Assembly: GCF_009834535.1 (NCBI RefSeq)
Contig: NC_045696.1
Location: 78,804,001 to 78,868,000, forward strand
Source: Camelus ferus
Lineage: Eukaryota
DNA length: 64,000 nucleotides
Direction of reading: 5' to 3'
Under the pieces are notes generated by a model, which saw nothing but the letters and a program-made list of their open reading frames with translations, was not told the origin of the DNA and did not search any database. Positions 27,960 through 42,240 of the stretch are shown here, piece after piece; position 1 is the first letter of the stretch; the number at the start of each line of letters is the position of its first letter. The translations under genes were made by a program, and so were the position numbers.

Positions 27960-28170
27960 TTTTTATATGGTCTTGGAGTCAGCTAGACCTGAGTTTGAAT
28001 TCCTTCTCAGCTCTTTGCAGGCCATGAGGTCTTGGGAAACTTCTTTATCCTCTCTAAGCCTCAGTTTTCTCATATTAAGACTAAAGGTTAGTCTTACAGA
28101 ATTGTTGGGAGGAATGTGTGGTATATGCATAAGGACGTGTGATACATATTTGACACTGAACATGTAAGTG
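27960..28170 (+). mobile_element. MIR SINE
   Basis: TGGAGTCAG...CCTGAGTTTGAATTCC...CTCTCTAAGCCTCAGTTTTCTCAT. Confidence 0.75.
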
Positions 28171-29599
28171 AAGATTCCCCTCCATGCCATGGTCCCTAGG
28201 AAATAGAGCCTCAGGTGGACTAAATGATTGTCCAAGGCCATGTGGTTGTCAAAGGACTGCAAATAGTAACCAAGCCAGGACTGTAATCGTGGCCTCCTGA
28301 GTCTATGTGTATGCACATACCTGTCCCTTGTGCCTAAACTCTGGGCTGAGACTGAACATTCCTGCAGGAAGCTGAAAATAATTCGCCTTTGCTGTCATCC
28401 TGCTACTATGCATACTTTATTATCTAAGGTACCACTGCAGGCTGCTGCTTCGGGATGTGATGAGGAGACTGAAGATCAGAGAGGTTAAGTGACTGGGCCA
28501 AGGTGAAACAGCTATCCAGGAGCCATGTCCACCTTGTTGCCTTCACTCTTGCCTTGTATGACCGTGCATTAATCCGGATGCACCCTGGGTGGAGGAGACA
28601 GTGGCAGCTGCAAAAACAGCAGCACTAGGCCTGGCTCCAGAGCATCACCTAGAAAGAAAATAAACTTGCTATCTCTTGGCAAGCCCAGCCTCAGAGGATC
28701 ATGATAATAAGAGGGACGAAGTGGCTGAGGTGACGAGGATAGCGAAGACTCAGAGGACAATGAGGACATGCAGCACATGGATGAGATAAATGATTACAGT
28801 GAGGAGCCTGATGGTGGGGAGTCATTGAGGTGGACATGGAAGGCAACAAACAGGATCAGGACCAGCAGATAATCAAGGTAGACAGGGCAGGGTGTCCTTG
28901 GGGAGATTCCACACCAGCCAATCTGCTCTACCCCTGCTGTGGAACTAGCTGATGGCTGTTTTGGAAAAACAGAAAAAAAAAAACCCAAAAACCCACAACA
29001 CAGCAAGAAAGACTTCTGCTCACCTGCTCTACTCATGAGGAAATGTCACCCTCAAGCCATCTCTGAGTAAGGAAATGCAGATAGTAAAATTGTTGGTAAT
29101 TTATTAAACACAGAGCTTTAAATGTTTCCCATGAGTGAGTATCCAGTTAATATAAATTGGTTAAAATCATACATCCAATAATTGAAATTATTACCTGTGA
29201 AGTGGAACTAGGGAGAAATAGATATTGACCTGTAATGCATTCCACTTCATCCCAACACATTTTCTGCCAACTGTGCTCCCTCTTCTTCCCTTACTAAGAT
29301 TTATACAAATTAAGATGGAAAAAAAGGAAATGCGGCATGTGTAGAGTCAAGCATGAAGTGTGTTTAGTGGGAAAAAAACCCTCATATGCATTCAATCACC
29401 ATACTCTTGTACAAGGAGGCTGAAAACCCTTTGGATGATTGGCTATTTATGATTTCCTGGAAACTGATCAAAAGAAGCAAAATAAATAAGAAACTTAGAA
29501 AGTCTTTGAGCTCTTGTGATGTCATAGAAATGTTAGCTGGAAGGATTTTAGGGGATACAATTAAAAGCAATTTCTGAAACTTTTGTGCTTTAGATACGA

Positions 29600-29752
29600 G
29601 AGCTTCTCAAATTTGTAAGGTGGAAATGAATTGCCTGGGGATCTTGTGAAAATGCAGGTTCTGATTAGGTAGGTCCCTGGGAGGTCTCTAGTTTTTCCTT
29701 CTCTAACAAGCTCCCATGTGTGCTAATGTAGCTCATCCACTGAGCAATAGGC
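29600..29752. mobile_element. MER5A-like remnant
   Basis: GCTTCTCAAA...GAATTGCCTGGGGATCTTGTGAAAATGCAGGTTCTGATT...CTAACAAGCTCCCA. Confidence 0.7.
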
Positions 29753-31379
29753 TTTAGACCATGTTGACCAATTTTGGATTGCTGAAACACTGAGATCCCC
29801 TAAATAATTGCTAAGAGTTGCATTTTGAAGATAGTGCTTTTTGTCTGGATTAATGATGGTGTGGAACCAAATCATGACACAGGCTTGAGTTTCAGGGAAA
29901 TCAGCTTTAGAACCTGTTCTAATCTATGAAGATAGACCTACCTTGTTTCTCAAGTGCTGAATTATTCATATGGATGCTTCCGAGCAGCCCTGCATAAATC
30001 AAAGGAGGAGAACTGAATTGGGAATTGTAATGGTGAGAAATTTTGAGCTCCTAACCTGATTTACCTGGGCACTCTCTCAGTTATCTTTCTCTTCTTCTGA
30101 CCCAATCATTCCTGGTGATTTAACAGCACCTAAATATAGCCCCAGAGGCTCTTTCATTGCAATATGTGATTTTTGAAGCCTCGTCAAATGGATATTGGAG
30201 TCAAAACTGAAACCTGGAAGTGCCATGCAAGAGACTTTCTAGAGAAGGCTTGCAGTTGGGTCATCCAAATGCTTTTATTTGGTTAGCAAGTTTGGAGCAA
30301 GATGGATCTATCATAATAACAGTTATTCGTGATAAAAGCACCTGATCCAACTCATTTTACAGCAATATTTTGTTATTCTATTTATAATAATACAATGTTC
30401 TCCCCCTCCCCCTCAGAATGATTTGGCTTATGTAAGAATTAAAATATTTGATATGGATGATATTCATTCATTTCTGTTGATTTTTTAGTGATGAATGGAT
30501 TCTGAATATTAGGAGCTAGGAATTTCACCAAGAACCCTAACACACTGATTAGAGTAGTAAGAAATTGAACATATTGCAAATTATATGGAAAGCTTTAAAA
30601 GTAGGTTGAAATAATCATCAATATGATACAACTGGTTTTATGATGATATAACAAAAAAGTTGCCCTTTGATAATGCTTTGTCCTACCTGCCTCACAAGAT
30701 TGCTGTGAGCATAAAATAAGAAAGTATCTTTGAAAGTGATCTGTAAAGTCTACATGGTATTGCTGTCTTAAGTCTTCCCTTCTACCTGTCTATTTTACAT
30801 AAGACCACCACATTAATCTTCCTAAAGCATCAGTTTGATTACTTCATTTCCCAGTTCAAATACCGTCAGTGCCCATCCCAACCTCTTAATGAGTTGGACT
30901 TGGCTTCCCTTGGCATTTAAGAAACATCATGCTGCCTTTCTAGTTTTGTCTCCAGCTATTTTGCTATTCTAACCTCATATTCCAAGGCTGTTGGGTTACA
31001 TCAGAGCTCCTCTGAGTTTCTGGACCAAATTTTCCATTGTCTCCTAGATATCTCCATCTGGTTGTTCCATGGTGACCCTAATTCCAAACATGTCCAAAAC
31101 TAAGAGGATAACCTTTCTTTCTTTACATATGTAATATTATCCATTTAGTTACCTAAGTCAGAAAATGGGGAATATTTGTTGTTTTTTGTTTTTGTTTTTA
31201 TTTCCCAGCACCTCTCTCATCGGCCCACCTTTAATTAGTATTGGGTAATTCTTCCTCACCTTCCCTTCTCTCTGTGTTACCCACATCCATTAATTCTGGC
31301 AGACATTTTTTCAGGCCTAATATCTTATGGTTCTTTTAGTGACTAAATGTTTATGAATCACCTGCTATGTGTTGGCTAT

Positions 31380-31883
31380 TGCATATGTTTTATATTGCTG
31401 CTGTAATATATTGCCACAAAATTGGTGGGTTAAACCAACACGTAATTGTACACTTCTGGAAATCAGAAGTATGAAATGGATCTCACTGGGCTAAAATCAA
31501 GGTGTGTTCTTTCTGGAGGCTCTGGGGGGACTCTGTTTTGTTGCCTTTTCCAGCATCTAGAGGCCCCTCATATTCCTTGGCTTGTATCACTCTTCCATCT
31601 TCAAAGCTACCATTTGTATTGGCCCAACCTGTGCTTCTTTTGCCCTGTCTTCTCCTGACTTTCCTAGCTCTGGCTTTCATTCATAAGGACTTTTGGGATT
31701 GCATTTAGATCCTTCCTGGATCATCCAGGATAGTCTCTGCATTTCCAAATTCATAACTTAGTCACACATGCAAAGTTACCTTTGCCGTACTAGGTATCAT
31801 ATGTACAGGTTCTTGGTATTAGGACATGGACATCTTTGATAGGGGCAGGTTGGGGGAAGGGGAACATTATTCTGCCCACCACA
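31380..31883 (-). mobile_element. MaLR LTR (MLT1C-like)
   Basis: GCTGCTGTAA...CCACAAA...TTCTGGAGGCTCTGGGGG...CCTTTTCCAGCATCTAGAGG...ATTATTCTGCCCACCACA. Confidence 0.8.
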
Positions 31884-34800
31884 GCCTAAGCAGTGTGAGC
31901 AAAAGTCAATATGGTGATATAGTCCCTGCCCCCAAGGAAATCAAAGACAAAGCAGTTATGATTAAAATTCTATTTGAGATTCTTTTTACATCTTAAGAGG
32001 GAAAATTATGGCATCAAAATATGTTTGGTACAGTAATTTAGGCTCTAATAACATTAACTGATTCTCTCATTTTTACAGTGGTGATCAGATTGGCTTAATA
32101 TAGATATTAGTTCTACTCTAAGGATATAAATACGTGCACTGTATGTACATATCATATTCATACACACAATCTTTATATATGTATAATGTACCATTTAACA
32201 GACAATATAAGCTTCAGAACCAATATATACATGTAAGGCATTTTCTATGGGCAAAGGGGAATGGCAAAAATCAGGCACAAATTCTGCTCTCTGGGAACTC
32301 ACACTTCAAAAGGGATACAAGACTTGGGTATAAATATTCACAAAAATATGCGGCAGAGATGACTGTCATAAGAGAGATACAAAAATAGTATTGTGTGTAC
32401 AGGGCTGGAAGAGGATGTGCCCTACTTAGAGAAAGCAGAGATTTCACTAATAATGTGTGATTTGAATTGTGGTATTGAAGGATATGTGGTTGGGCTTTGG
32501 TCATGTTAGTGATGAGAGAAAACATGAGAAACAGCACAACTCCACATTGCTTTTAGGTAGAAGAGAGAAAAGTTTCCACTGGAGATCTCAGAGCCTTTGA
32601 AACATCAGCTGAAGTGGTGTGAATTCTAAATTTCACCTGTACCCAACAGAATTATTCACGTGCTTCTATTGCTCCCACCGTCCTCAGAAGGATTTCTGTT
32701 GTGGTCTGGTAAGGGAAATATGTAGAAATAAATCATATACTTCCTTGTTGTAATGGGAAAGATTAAGAAAGTCACAGTGGGAAAAGCACCTCTACTGAAC
32801 ATTTTCTAGAGAAAACACAGAAAAATTCATAGCTTTGGAAATTTATTGTACAATAATTAATTTAGTACATATTAAGCACTGACTCTATGCAAAACACTTT
32901 GATAGATAACAGAGAATACAAATATTATAAGACATAGTCCATATTTTTAATCTATCTATTTTGAGAGAAAAAACAGGGGCTGAATTCACTATAAAGCAGT
33001 GTGTGATTCATGTTATCCAGTTAGGATATAAACTGGATCAGTCAGTGGGTCTGATATGAGAATGTTCATGAGAGACAGAACATCGGAGTCTGACCTAGAA
33101 GAATAAGCAAGATTATAACAGACCAAGGCATGTGCAGAGGGCTGGAGGGAGTCTTGATTTTGAGGGATAAAATTCCGGCAAAAAGAACAGCATGTGAAAA
33201 ATCATGGAGGAGAAAAGTCAAGACATTTTCAGGGATAGTATGTGTCATTTTCATTCCCCAAATCTGAAAGGAGCAGTAATCACAAGGAGTATAACTGCAA
33301 AGAACATAGTCCCTGACTTCAAGGAGTTTACAGCCTTGAGGAGGATCCAGAGAACCAGACAAAGTATGACTCATGTTGTGGCAGAGATAAAAGAGAGATC
33401 CAGTTTTTACCTAGCCTAGAAGTCACAAAGACCAGAGGATGTGCCATCTGAACTGAGTCCTGGGGGATGACTTTGAGTTGGCCAAGCAAAGAGCAGGGAG
33501 ATGGAGGTGTCTGTGCAAAGACCCAGAGAAGAGAGACCAAGAGCACAATGCATTTGAGGAAATTAAAGAAATTTCTTTGTGGTTGAAGTTCAGGCTTTTG
33601 GGGAAGACGATAAAGAAACTTAGTGATGTAAACAACAGCGAGGTCATACAGTGTTTTAGATACCATGTAAAAGGCTATTTTAACATCCAGATCAGAGTGA
33701 TTGAGAATAAAAACTATAAAATGGCACTGAGGATTAATAAAGAGAATGCAGATGAGATAGATATGAGATGCATGAAAGGAGATCCCTGGAAACATAGTGT
33801 AATTGGAAGAGGTTTTACTACAAGGGGTCTCTATGAATGTGTTGCTATAGCAACAGTAATGAAAACATACTCAGGAGTAAAGGCAAAGTGACAAAGACTA
33901 GGTTGTACATCCAAGGAGAAAGGACAAACAAGTTTGCAAATAAAAGAAAGTTTGGGGGTCAGAGAGGACTGGGAGAAGTGAGGGAGGAACTCAAGAAACT
34001 CAGGATTTGCAATGAGATATTCTTTTGTATAGAGGCTCTACTAGGTAGAAGGTAGCCTTTGCAATGGAGTCACCTTAGCTGGGTAAATGCAACTTGATGG
34101 GTCTTTTTATCTAATGTACAGAAGAGTAGTCTGATGATTTGGCCAAGATTTTCAAGGCTGAATCCTCACAAGAGAAAAACAATCTTGTGAGTCTCAATTC
34201 ATCTCTCCACTTTACTATTTTGCTGGTCTACATAGCAAAGAAAAGACATAATATTTTCTGGTGGATGATATTAGTTACTTCCATGTCAAATGTATGCAAA
34301 TCTATAGTTTTATATTTCTTGGTTTTGGTAAAAGGAACTTTCTGACTTAGGACAGGGGAAGAAATCATTGTGTAACACAGAATTTAAGCTGTGGGGAAAA
34401 TGCAAGGGGAAATTGATAAGATTGACTCTTATTGATGAGTATTATCTTAATGACTGCTTCTTCCCTCTTAAGATTTTTTTTTTCTGTAAATAATGATTCC
34501 TTCAGCTCTAGCTCTCATTATTGGGGTCCTCAATCTTTCTCCATGGTTTTACAGCCCTTGGAACAAACATGTGGTTATTATTCAAAGAACCGTTTGGTTG
34601 CTAGAGGAAAAATACAATTTTACTTTTCCCTCCTTAACACATCTTTTCACATCTGCTGGGCATCCCAGCTCTTTCCCCTTCCCCTCTCCCATCTAATGTC
34701 CCCAAAATGTTTTATTGTAAACTATGCACACATTGCTAAGCTCTTTTGTTTTGTCTCCCAAAACTTTGTGTAAGCTTTGTGTGGAATGGCAACCTGTTGT

Positions 34801-35949
34801 AGACATAAGATATGTGAATATTAACTATACTTTGACCATCAATTAAAGTGTTCTTCTATACACAGTCTTGCTCACACAGTACCCAATTAACCTTTTATCA
34901 CTTTTTAAAACATACACAGCTTCATGGCACGGGCTCATTTATCTTTGCTAAAAGCCTTCATGGAAATCTGAACAAAAGTAACTTCCATTAGATACTCTCC
35001 AGCTCTAATTAATGTGGAGCCTTTCTTTTATTACTTCCTTTTAGTTCTTTCTTTCTTTTTCTTTCTTTCATAGCTGTTCTTAGGCTCCTTGAAGCATAGA
35101 GTAAAAAGCATAGTAATAAGTCATGTAGCCAAGTGTGCGTCCCAAGAATCAACCTCAAAAAATGATGGCCAGAGAATCAAAGATGGAATAGACACCTTGG
35201 GCAATGGATAACAAAATTAAGCAAATAAATTAGATCTTTCTCAGCAGCAGGAGAAAATGTGATTAGAGGACTGTCTATTCTATTGCTGTACAATTTAGGA
35301 AGAAACTCAAGACCATCAAGTAGGGTACCTTAAAGTTATCAAGACTACCACTAGTTGTCTTTAAAATACCCTACTTGGTAGAAATCCCTGGCATCCTATG
35401 GTAGCATCTATCAGGCATTTGGTTAGGTCTGTAAACCCAGGGGCAGGTGAAGGTGTACTTTTGTTGTTGCTCTTTCCTGACTTCAACCTAGATCAAAATG
35501 CTTACCCATCATAGTTCTTTTCTTACTGTTCATTTTCTTCTGATAATAGGGCTCAGCAAACTTGTTATTTTTAAAGTAGTTTAATAGTGAGTGGCAGTTA
35601 GGAAATAGGGTCTGTAGATGTGATTATACTTTATAACCTCAAGCCTCAGGACAGAAACCCACGTGCAGACATGGATCGTAAGTCAGAGGACCTTCCCTTC
35701 ATTAGCTGGATAGTTTTAAATCCCTTGGGAGTTTCCTACTAGATGTCTCATACTAAGGGAGCAGGTCGGTTGCAGTCACAGGCATGTGAGAAGATAGGCA
35801 GAGGCAGTAACAATTCACATGTGGTTTAGTTAGCATCTTTCTTGTCTGCGGTCTTGTAGATTTCACTGAGTGAAAATAAGAAGTTCTCAGCTTTACTATA
35901 AAACAAAATTCATTTTACTCAGGTCTGAAATATATTAAAATCTTGACTT

Positions 35950-38900
35950 ATCTGGGAAAAAATAAAACTGAATTCCTCCTTACTTGTCATGTCCGTAGAA
36001 ATTTCAGATGGATCAAAAATTTAACTTTAAACAATGAGGTTGTCTAATACAGAGAAAATATGAGCAAATTTTAAAAAATCTTGGAATGGGAAACATCTTT
36101 CTAAGCAAGACACAAATCCAGAAAACAAAGTAAACACTAATACATTTAAAAAAAAAAAGCACAAACATTTCTGCCCAGCACAAAATAACATAAAATTCAA
36201 AGGAAAATTGAGCAAAATTATTTACAACACACATGACAAAAAGTACAGGATTTTATTTATCTGGAGAGCTCTTATAATTCCACAAGAAGAGGTTAATAAA
36301 CAAATAGAAAAAATATACAAAGGAAGACATTTAATATAAAAAGAAATACAATGGCTTATAAACATAAAAGATGCTTTACTTCAATTTAAAAATGCAAACT
36401 AATTCAATAATGATATTCCATTTGTATTAAAATGGAGAAGATAAAAAAGTGATAATTACATTTTCGGCAGAGTGGAGAGAAAAATGTACTCTAATACACT
36501 GTTGATGGGAGTGTAAATTTGTATAACGTCTTTGAAAATCAATCAGGAAATAGTCAAAAAAGAGAAAATATTTTTTGATCCAACCTTGCTACTTTTAAGA
36601 ATTATCCCTTAAGTGTACTTCCATTCATGTACACAAATACATGTTCAAGGATTACATTCCATTTCTTACAGTACAGTTTTGTTTTTCTCTGTATTAATAA
36701 TGATCATTTTGGCTTGTTGCTTAGTTTTCTACATCCTTCTAACTCAGCAAAGGAATTAAAAAATCCATACAAATAACATTTTTTTTCACATGACAAAACA
36801 CATCAACATTCTACCAGTTTCAATTTTATTTTAGAGATGTCTCTACCTGGGTGACCTGTGTCACACTGAGTGGGACTAGCTGTTCTCTGGTCTTCTGAGC
36901 AGTTGTCTGGGCTGTTCTCTCTCTCCATCTCCTGGATCTCTATCTTCTTGGACTGATACAGTGGACTAATATTTGGTTTAGATATAAAATTCTAAGTTGA
37001 TCATCATTTCCCCTAAAAATGTGAAGGCATTTATTCAATGTCTTCCAGTTTCCAGAGTGGATATTGAGAACCCCTTTTCTTTCTCTCTGGAATCTTTAAA
37101 AACTTTTCTTTTCTTTGGGTGCCCTGACATTTCATGACTGTATGTCTTGAAAAGAAGTTTTTCCCATCTGTTATTCTGAGCAGTTGGTAGGCCCTTTCAT
37201 TTACTAAACTCATATCCAGTAAGTCTGAAACATTGTCATGTACAATCTCTTTTATTACAATTCTTTTAATTTTATTGCAAGTTATAACACAGGTACAGAA
37301 GAACCTCACGAAATAAATGTTTGGTTTCATACATCATTGCAAGAAAAATACTCTGGAGAAAAGCAGATTAAGAAATAGAACTTTGAAAACCATCCCAAAA
37401 GTCCTCCACATGCACCTTCTCAATACCATCTTTCCTCTCTTTTAAATTATTACCATCCTGGGTGCTTGTTAACCAGTCTTGCTTTTCTTTACAATTTTTT
37501 TCACCCAAGCGTACTTCCCTAAGCAGTATTTTTCCCCCAGTTTTTGTAAGTTTCTTTTAATCTACATATTATCTCACCATATTTTTTCCTTGCAATGCAT
37601 TCATTGAAAAAAACAGGAAATTTAACTGATAAAATTTCCTGTAGTACGAATTTTGCTGATTTTATCTGCATGATTTATTTTAACCTGCTCCTTTGTCCTA
37701 TGTATTTCTTGATAGTTGGACCTACAGACTGCATCAGATGCAGGTTTATTTTGGGGTGCAAGACTGCTTCAGAGCTGGTGGTGTGTATTTCCATCCAGAG
37801 GCACCTAATGACTGGTTGTTTCTGTTTTTATGATACCAGTCATTGATGCTGAATAACTAGATTCATTAGTTCATCAGAAGTGAGGAAGGATGAAATTCTG
37901 ATTCAATGATTCCTTCTTTTATTAGTCAAAATATTTCTATAAAGGGTAAATTCCCTTCATCTACTATTTGGCTACTTAGTTATATAGTTCATAGAGAATG
38001 GTGGGACAAATTCTCTAATGCTTCTTTTTATTTATCAGTTTTCAGAAGAATGAGTTGAATTCTAGTTACCCAGTTATCCTCCGTAAGTGACAGAAGAGGT
38101 TTTTTAGGTTTGTTTTTTTTTTTTTTTTGCATTATTGACTTACAGATTTTAATTTAATTTGTTCCAATCAATTGAAATTATCCTTATTGATCCTCAAGCT
38201 GTCCCGTCTTTAGATAGTGAGATCTTCTTCATTTTGCCTCCTGAGTCCTTTTGGTATATGTATTGCCATTGACAGGATGTTCCAAATTCATCTCGTACAG
38301 TTGTTCCCCAGATCTCTCCTTATCTCTCTCTTTCTGTCTGTCTATCTCTCTATGTGTGGTGTGCATTTTAAACTAGGGAATGTTATTTCAAGACCACAGT
38401 CTGAACCCTGGAGATGCTCATTGTTACTAGCTTGGTCATTGTTTGCATAAATTTTTTTAGCATATATTCTGATACTTGCACTTTAAAATCCAAACCACAA
38501 GATTTTCACTTAACCTCCTCTATCTTGCATCAGAATATCTTTTCTTCTACATTAATATTGCTGGTTCTCTAAAGCACTGGAGATGACAGAATTAGCACAG
38601 CACAGTGCTTCTCATTTGCTGTATCCCTCATTATGCAAAGTTTCAGTGTAGTAATCACACTATAACCAACACCAATATGATTACTGAAAGTAATTAAAAG
38701 ATTTACACGTTTCCCTATTCTCCTCACATTTTTTACATTTGTGCTATGTCTACATTGTCAAAGCCATTGTATAATGTCCTCTCCACCTTATAACCTTCAT
38801 TTGGTCATAGCTCTTTGAGTAAATATAATGATGTTCATCATCAGTCCTTACATCAGTGTCATTTTTCTGTTTGTCTGAAGGTCATTTTCTGGTAAATTTC

Positions 38901-40560
38901 TCAGAAAATATTCATGGGAACAATATTCCCTGAGCTCCCAAATGTCATTAACATTTTGTCTATGACCTTCATATTTGTATCTTAAGTAAAGTTAGTTTAT
39001 GGCTGAATATAAAAATCATTGAGTCCCATTCTCTTTCCTTGTGCATCTTACATATGCTACTTGATTTTTTTTCTGGCATAAAGCATTATTTTCAAAAAGT
39101 GTGGTGATTAATTATATTATGAGATTCTCCATTATAAAAGACTTGATCTTTTGGCCTGGGTATAAATAACCTAAGAAGTGTTTTTCTTTGATATTCAATA
39201 ATCTTACGAGAATATGTCTTACTCTTGGTCATTTTTAAATCAGTTTTGTCAGATACTCAGTGGATTCTTTCAAATATAATTTCAAATCTTTTTCTATATT
39301 GAGAAAACTTTTAGAATTATAGTTTCCATTGTATTTATTTTGTTCTCTGGTTTGTTTTTCTTTTTAGAAGATTCCATAAACACATCTGTTGAGTCTTCTT
39401 TGTCTACTTATTTCTCACTTACATTTGAGTCCTTTTTCTTCTTCCTTTTTATCTTTTTTACTTTTGGACTTTTCCTCCTTTATACCTTTTATTTCTCTTT
39501 AGGCATCTTTAAAGTTTCTTGTAGGATTCTTTGGTCTTGTGTATTTGTCAATTTAATCTTCACTTTTAAAATCATTGCTTCTTTTATTTATCATTCTCGA
39601 GTTTTATTAAAGTGCCTTTTAACTTTTCTAATTTTGATTTATGTTGTCATTTACAAGTTGCATTATTTCCTTAATATCATTTAGTATATCTAATTCTTAT
39701 CTTCTAAAAACTTTTTAGAAATCCTAATCTGTAATCTCTTCTTCTACTCTTCTGTTGTAATGGATTTATGTATTTTTTAATCTCTCTTATACTTTTGTGA
39801 GGATTATTGAGAGTGAAGAAACAAAGGCATGTTTTCAAATCACAATATTTAATCAGCTCCATTTTCTTGTGTGTTGTCATTTTTTTATTCTTAACACATA
39901 TTCTTACTATATGTGTCATAAACATTTATTTTCAGGATATACTTGGCATCATCAACAAAATCTTATTATCTGATGTATTGAGATTTTAAAAAATTTCTTG
40001 TCCTTTCTTTTATGGTTTATGTTGTTTTATTTCTTATTTAATAAATTCTTCCCCTACTTCAAAGACATGACAGTATTTTCTTACATGTTCTTCTAAACAT
40101 TTAAAATTTGCTTTTCATGTTTATATTTTTAATTTATGTGGGATTAATTTTTGTAGTATGACATAGAGATAATTTTCTATCATTTAGATGGAAAATTTTT
40201 AGCCAGTTTTAGCTGAAGAGTTTTCCTTTCCTCTTGATGTGTAATGTTACTCTAGTATTCACCAAATTCCTCCTTTTTCATAGGCCTGTTTATGAGTTCA
40301 TGGCTATTCTCCACTTGTCTCTTTCTGAATTGATACTACAGTGTTTTAATTACAACAGCTTAATAATAACTCTTGAAATATGGTAGGTAAAGTAGTTGCT
40401 CGTCTTTTGCTTCAAAATGATCTTGATCATTCTTGACCTTTACTCATCTAAATTCTGAAAGCAAACAAACCAACCAAATATACTCTGCTGTAATTTTGAT
40501 TAGAATAGTTTGGATTCATGGATAAATTGAGACATATTTTATTTACTCGAATTATCTTGT
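35950..40560. mobile_element. Nested block of old L1 fragments (plus-strand 35950-36650; minus-strand pieces 36960-40560)
   Basis: An A-rich L1 ORF2 end (CACTGTTGATGGGAGTGTAAATT) switches abruptly to T-rich reverse L1 5'/ORF1 and 3' UTR motifs. No intact frame. Confidence 0.75.
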
Positions 40561-41499
40561 AAAGCAGACATGTGTGCTCCCATGGAGAATTTTCAGATGG
40601 GTTAAGAATATATGCATACAATGCCCTCCACTTACATAATAGAGAATACACATTTGCACATGTTCATATGTGAATGGAATGTTTGTAGAAATATATATAT
40701 ATATACATATACAAATGAGTAAGTGTCAGTGTCTCTGGGGAAGGGGGCTAAGGAATTGGGATCTGAAGTGAAAGAGATGTTTACTTTTCACTGTAAAATA
40801 TTTTATCTTATTTGGACTTTTTTACCTTGTCCATGAATTACTTTTTCTACTAAGCAATCCCATTTGCAGAGTGTACTTGCCCGACCTGAAATCAGCACTT
40901 TAAGTATGACATATGGTTAGTGTAAAAATTGGGGAAAGTAACAGAACCATATTCTTTTTTTGTGATATCTTCCATTATTTAACATAAGCTCCAGCAACTT
41001 GGAAATCTTTAAATAGAAGGTCTGGAGTGATTATTCCAATTTTCTAACTAAAGATGACTATGATGTCATTCAGATATTTTAAAGGAAAGAAAATAGATTC
41101 TTCAAACTTATCTGATAAAGCCTCGAGATATGTGTGTAGACAAAATGAAGAATTAATCATTTAGTTGATAGTAATAGATCAACAAAGGCTATATTTTAGT
41201 CCCTTTTCTATCCCTTACAAAGAGCTCAGTGACTCACATGTAATAGATCTTTAATAAGTACCTTGGGAAGAATGAATTAATGAAAAAGTATTTCCGCAAC
41301 TGTTGATAGGTTCTTTGAGAGTGGTATGTAGTGGTTCAGTTGCGGGGTGTGATACAGAATCTGGAATATAGTAAGTGCTCAACAAATGCCAGTGTTGCTG
41401 GTTTCAGAACTTTATATACTACGTCTATTACTGTAACTTCAGAGTTCTGTCCTCACCGTGATTCTGCATAGGGTTTTTTGTTAATGGGTAGAGAGAGAA

Positions 41500-42240
41500 A
41501 GGATGTTTATCACTTTAATTGATTTCATTCCTCTCAGATGGATAGAAAGATCTTCATAGCCTAGAACAACATGCTGAATCTAATGAGGTGGAATTTGTGT
41601 TCAACTTCTGAAAGATGAAGTAAAACTCAAATTATCAAGGATGGGATGAAGGTAGAATTTGCTTAACGGTTATTTGTGTAAAATTTTAAGGAGTTTTAGT
41701 AGCGAGTTGGTCTCAATCTGAATTATTTGTGTGCTACGACTGACCACCAAAGAAGGCAATCTTCTCGTAGATTATATTTTTAAAAAGTTTCTACAATGAG
41801 GAATTCAATAGCGGTGCTCTATTAAGCAAAGATCAATCCTATACTTGAAGTGTTTATTATGTTCAACTCTAGACATCATGTTTCCTAAGAAAGCATGTTT
41901 CAGACGATACTCAGAAAACAGTATTCAGAACGGTGTATTGAAAATAGAAAATTTTCCTCTGGGAAGAAAATGACTTATGGAAGATATAATAGCTGTCTTA
42001 AAATATTTAAAAGGAAGTCAGATGATGGAGATTTTAGGACCCTTAAGGGGAAAAAAAAAAAAGAACAGTAGATCAACATAAGGAAGAAATTCCAAATGGT
42101 CCCAAATGTAGGCAGCTGCTTTAGAATTTCAGACCCATGGTATTGTGCAATAATAGGGTTCACAACCACATATTAGGATTGTAGTAGAGGGTTAAGGAAT
42201 CAGTTAAGTGGTTGGATCAGATGAGCTTTAATCTGATTAT
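41500..42240 (+). mobile_element. L3/CR1 LINE 3' fragment
   Basis: Degenerate CR1 RT-end motifs: GGGAAGAAAATGACT..GGAAGATATAATAGCTGTCTTAAAATATTTAAAAGG and AACATAAGGAAGAA.TTCC. Confidence 0.6.

Noticed and set aside
33328..33891. Overlapping 155-aa and 137-aa ORFs
   Set aside because: They lie in degraded L2-like purine-skewed sequence, with no protein motif or splice support.
39340..39684. Hydrophobic F/L/I-rich 114-aa ORF resembling a membrane protein
   Set aside because: An artefact of T-rich antisense L1 sequence.
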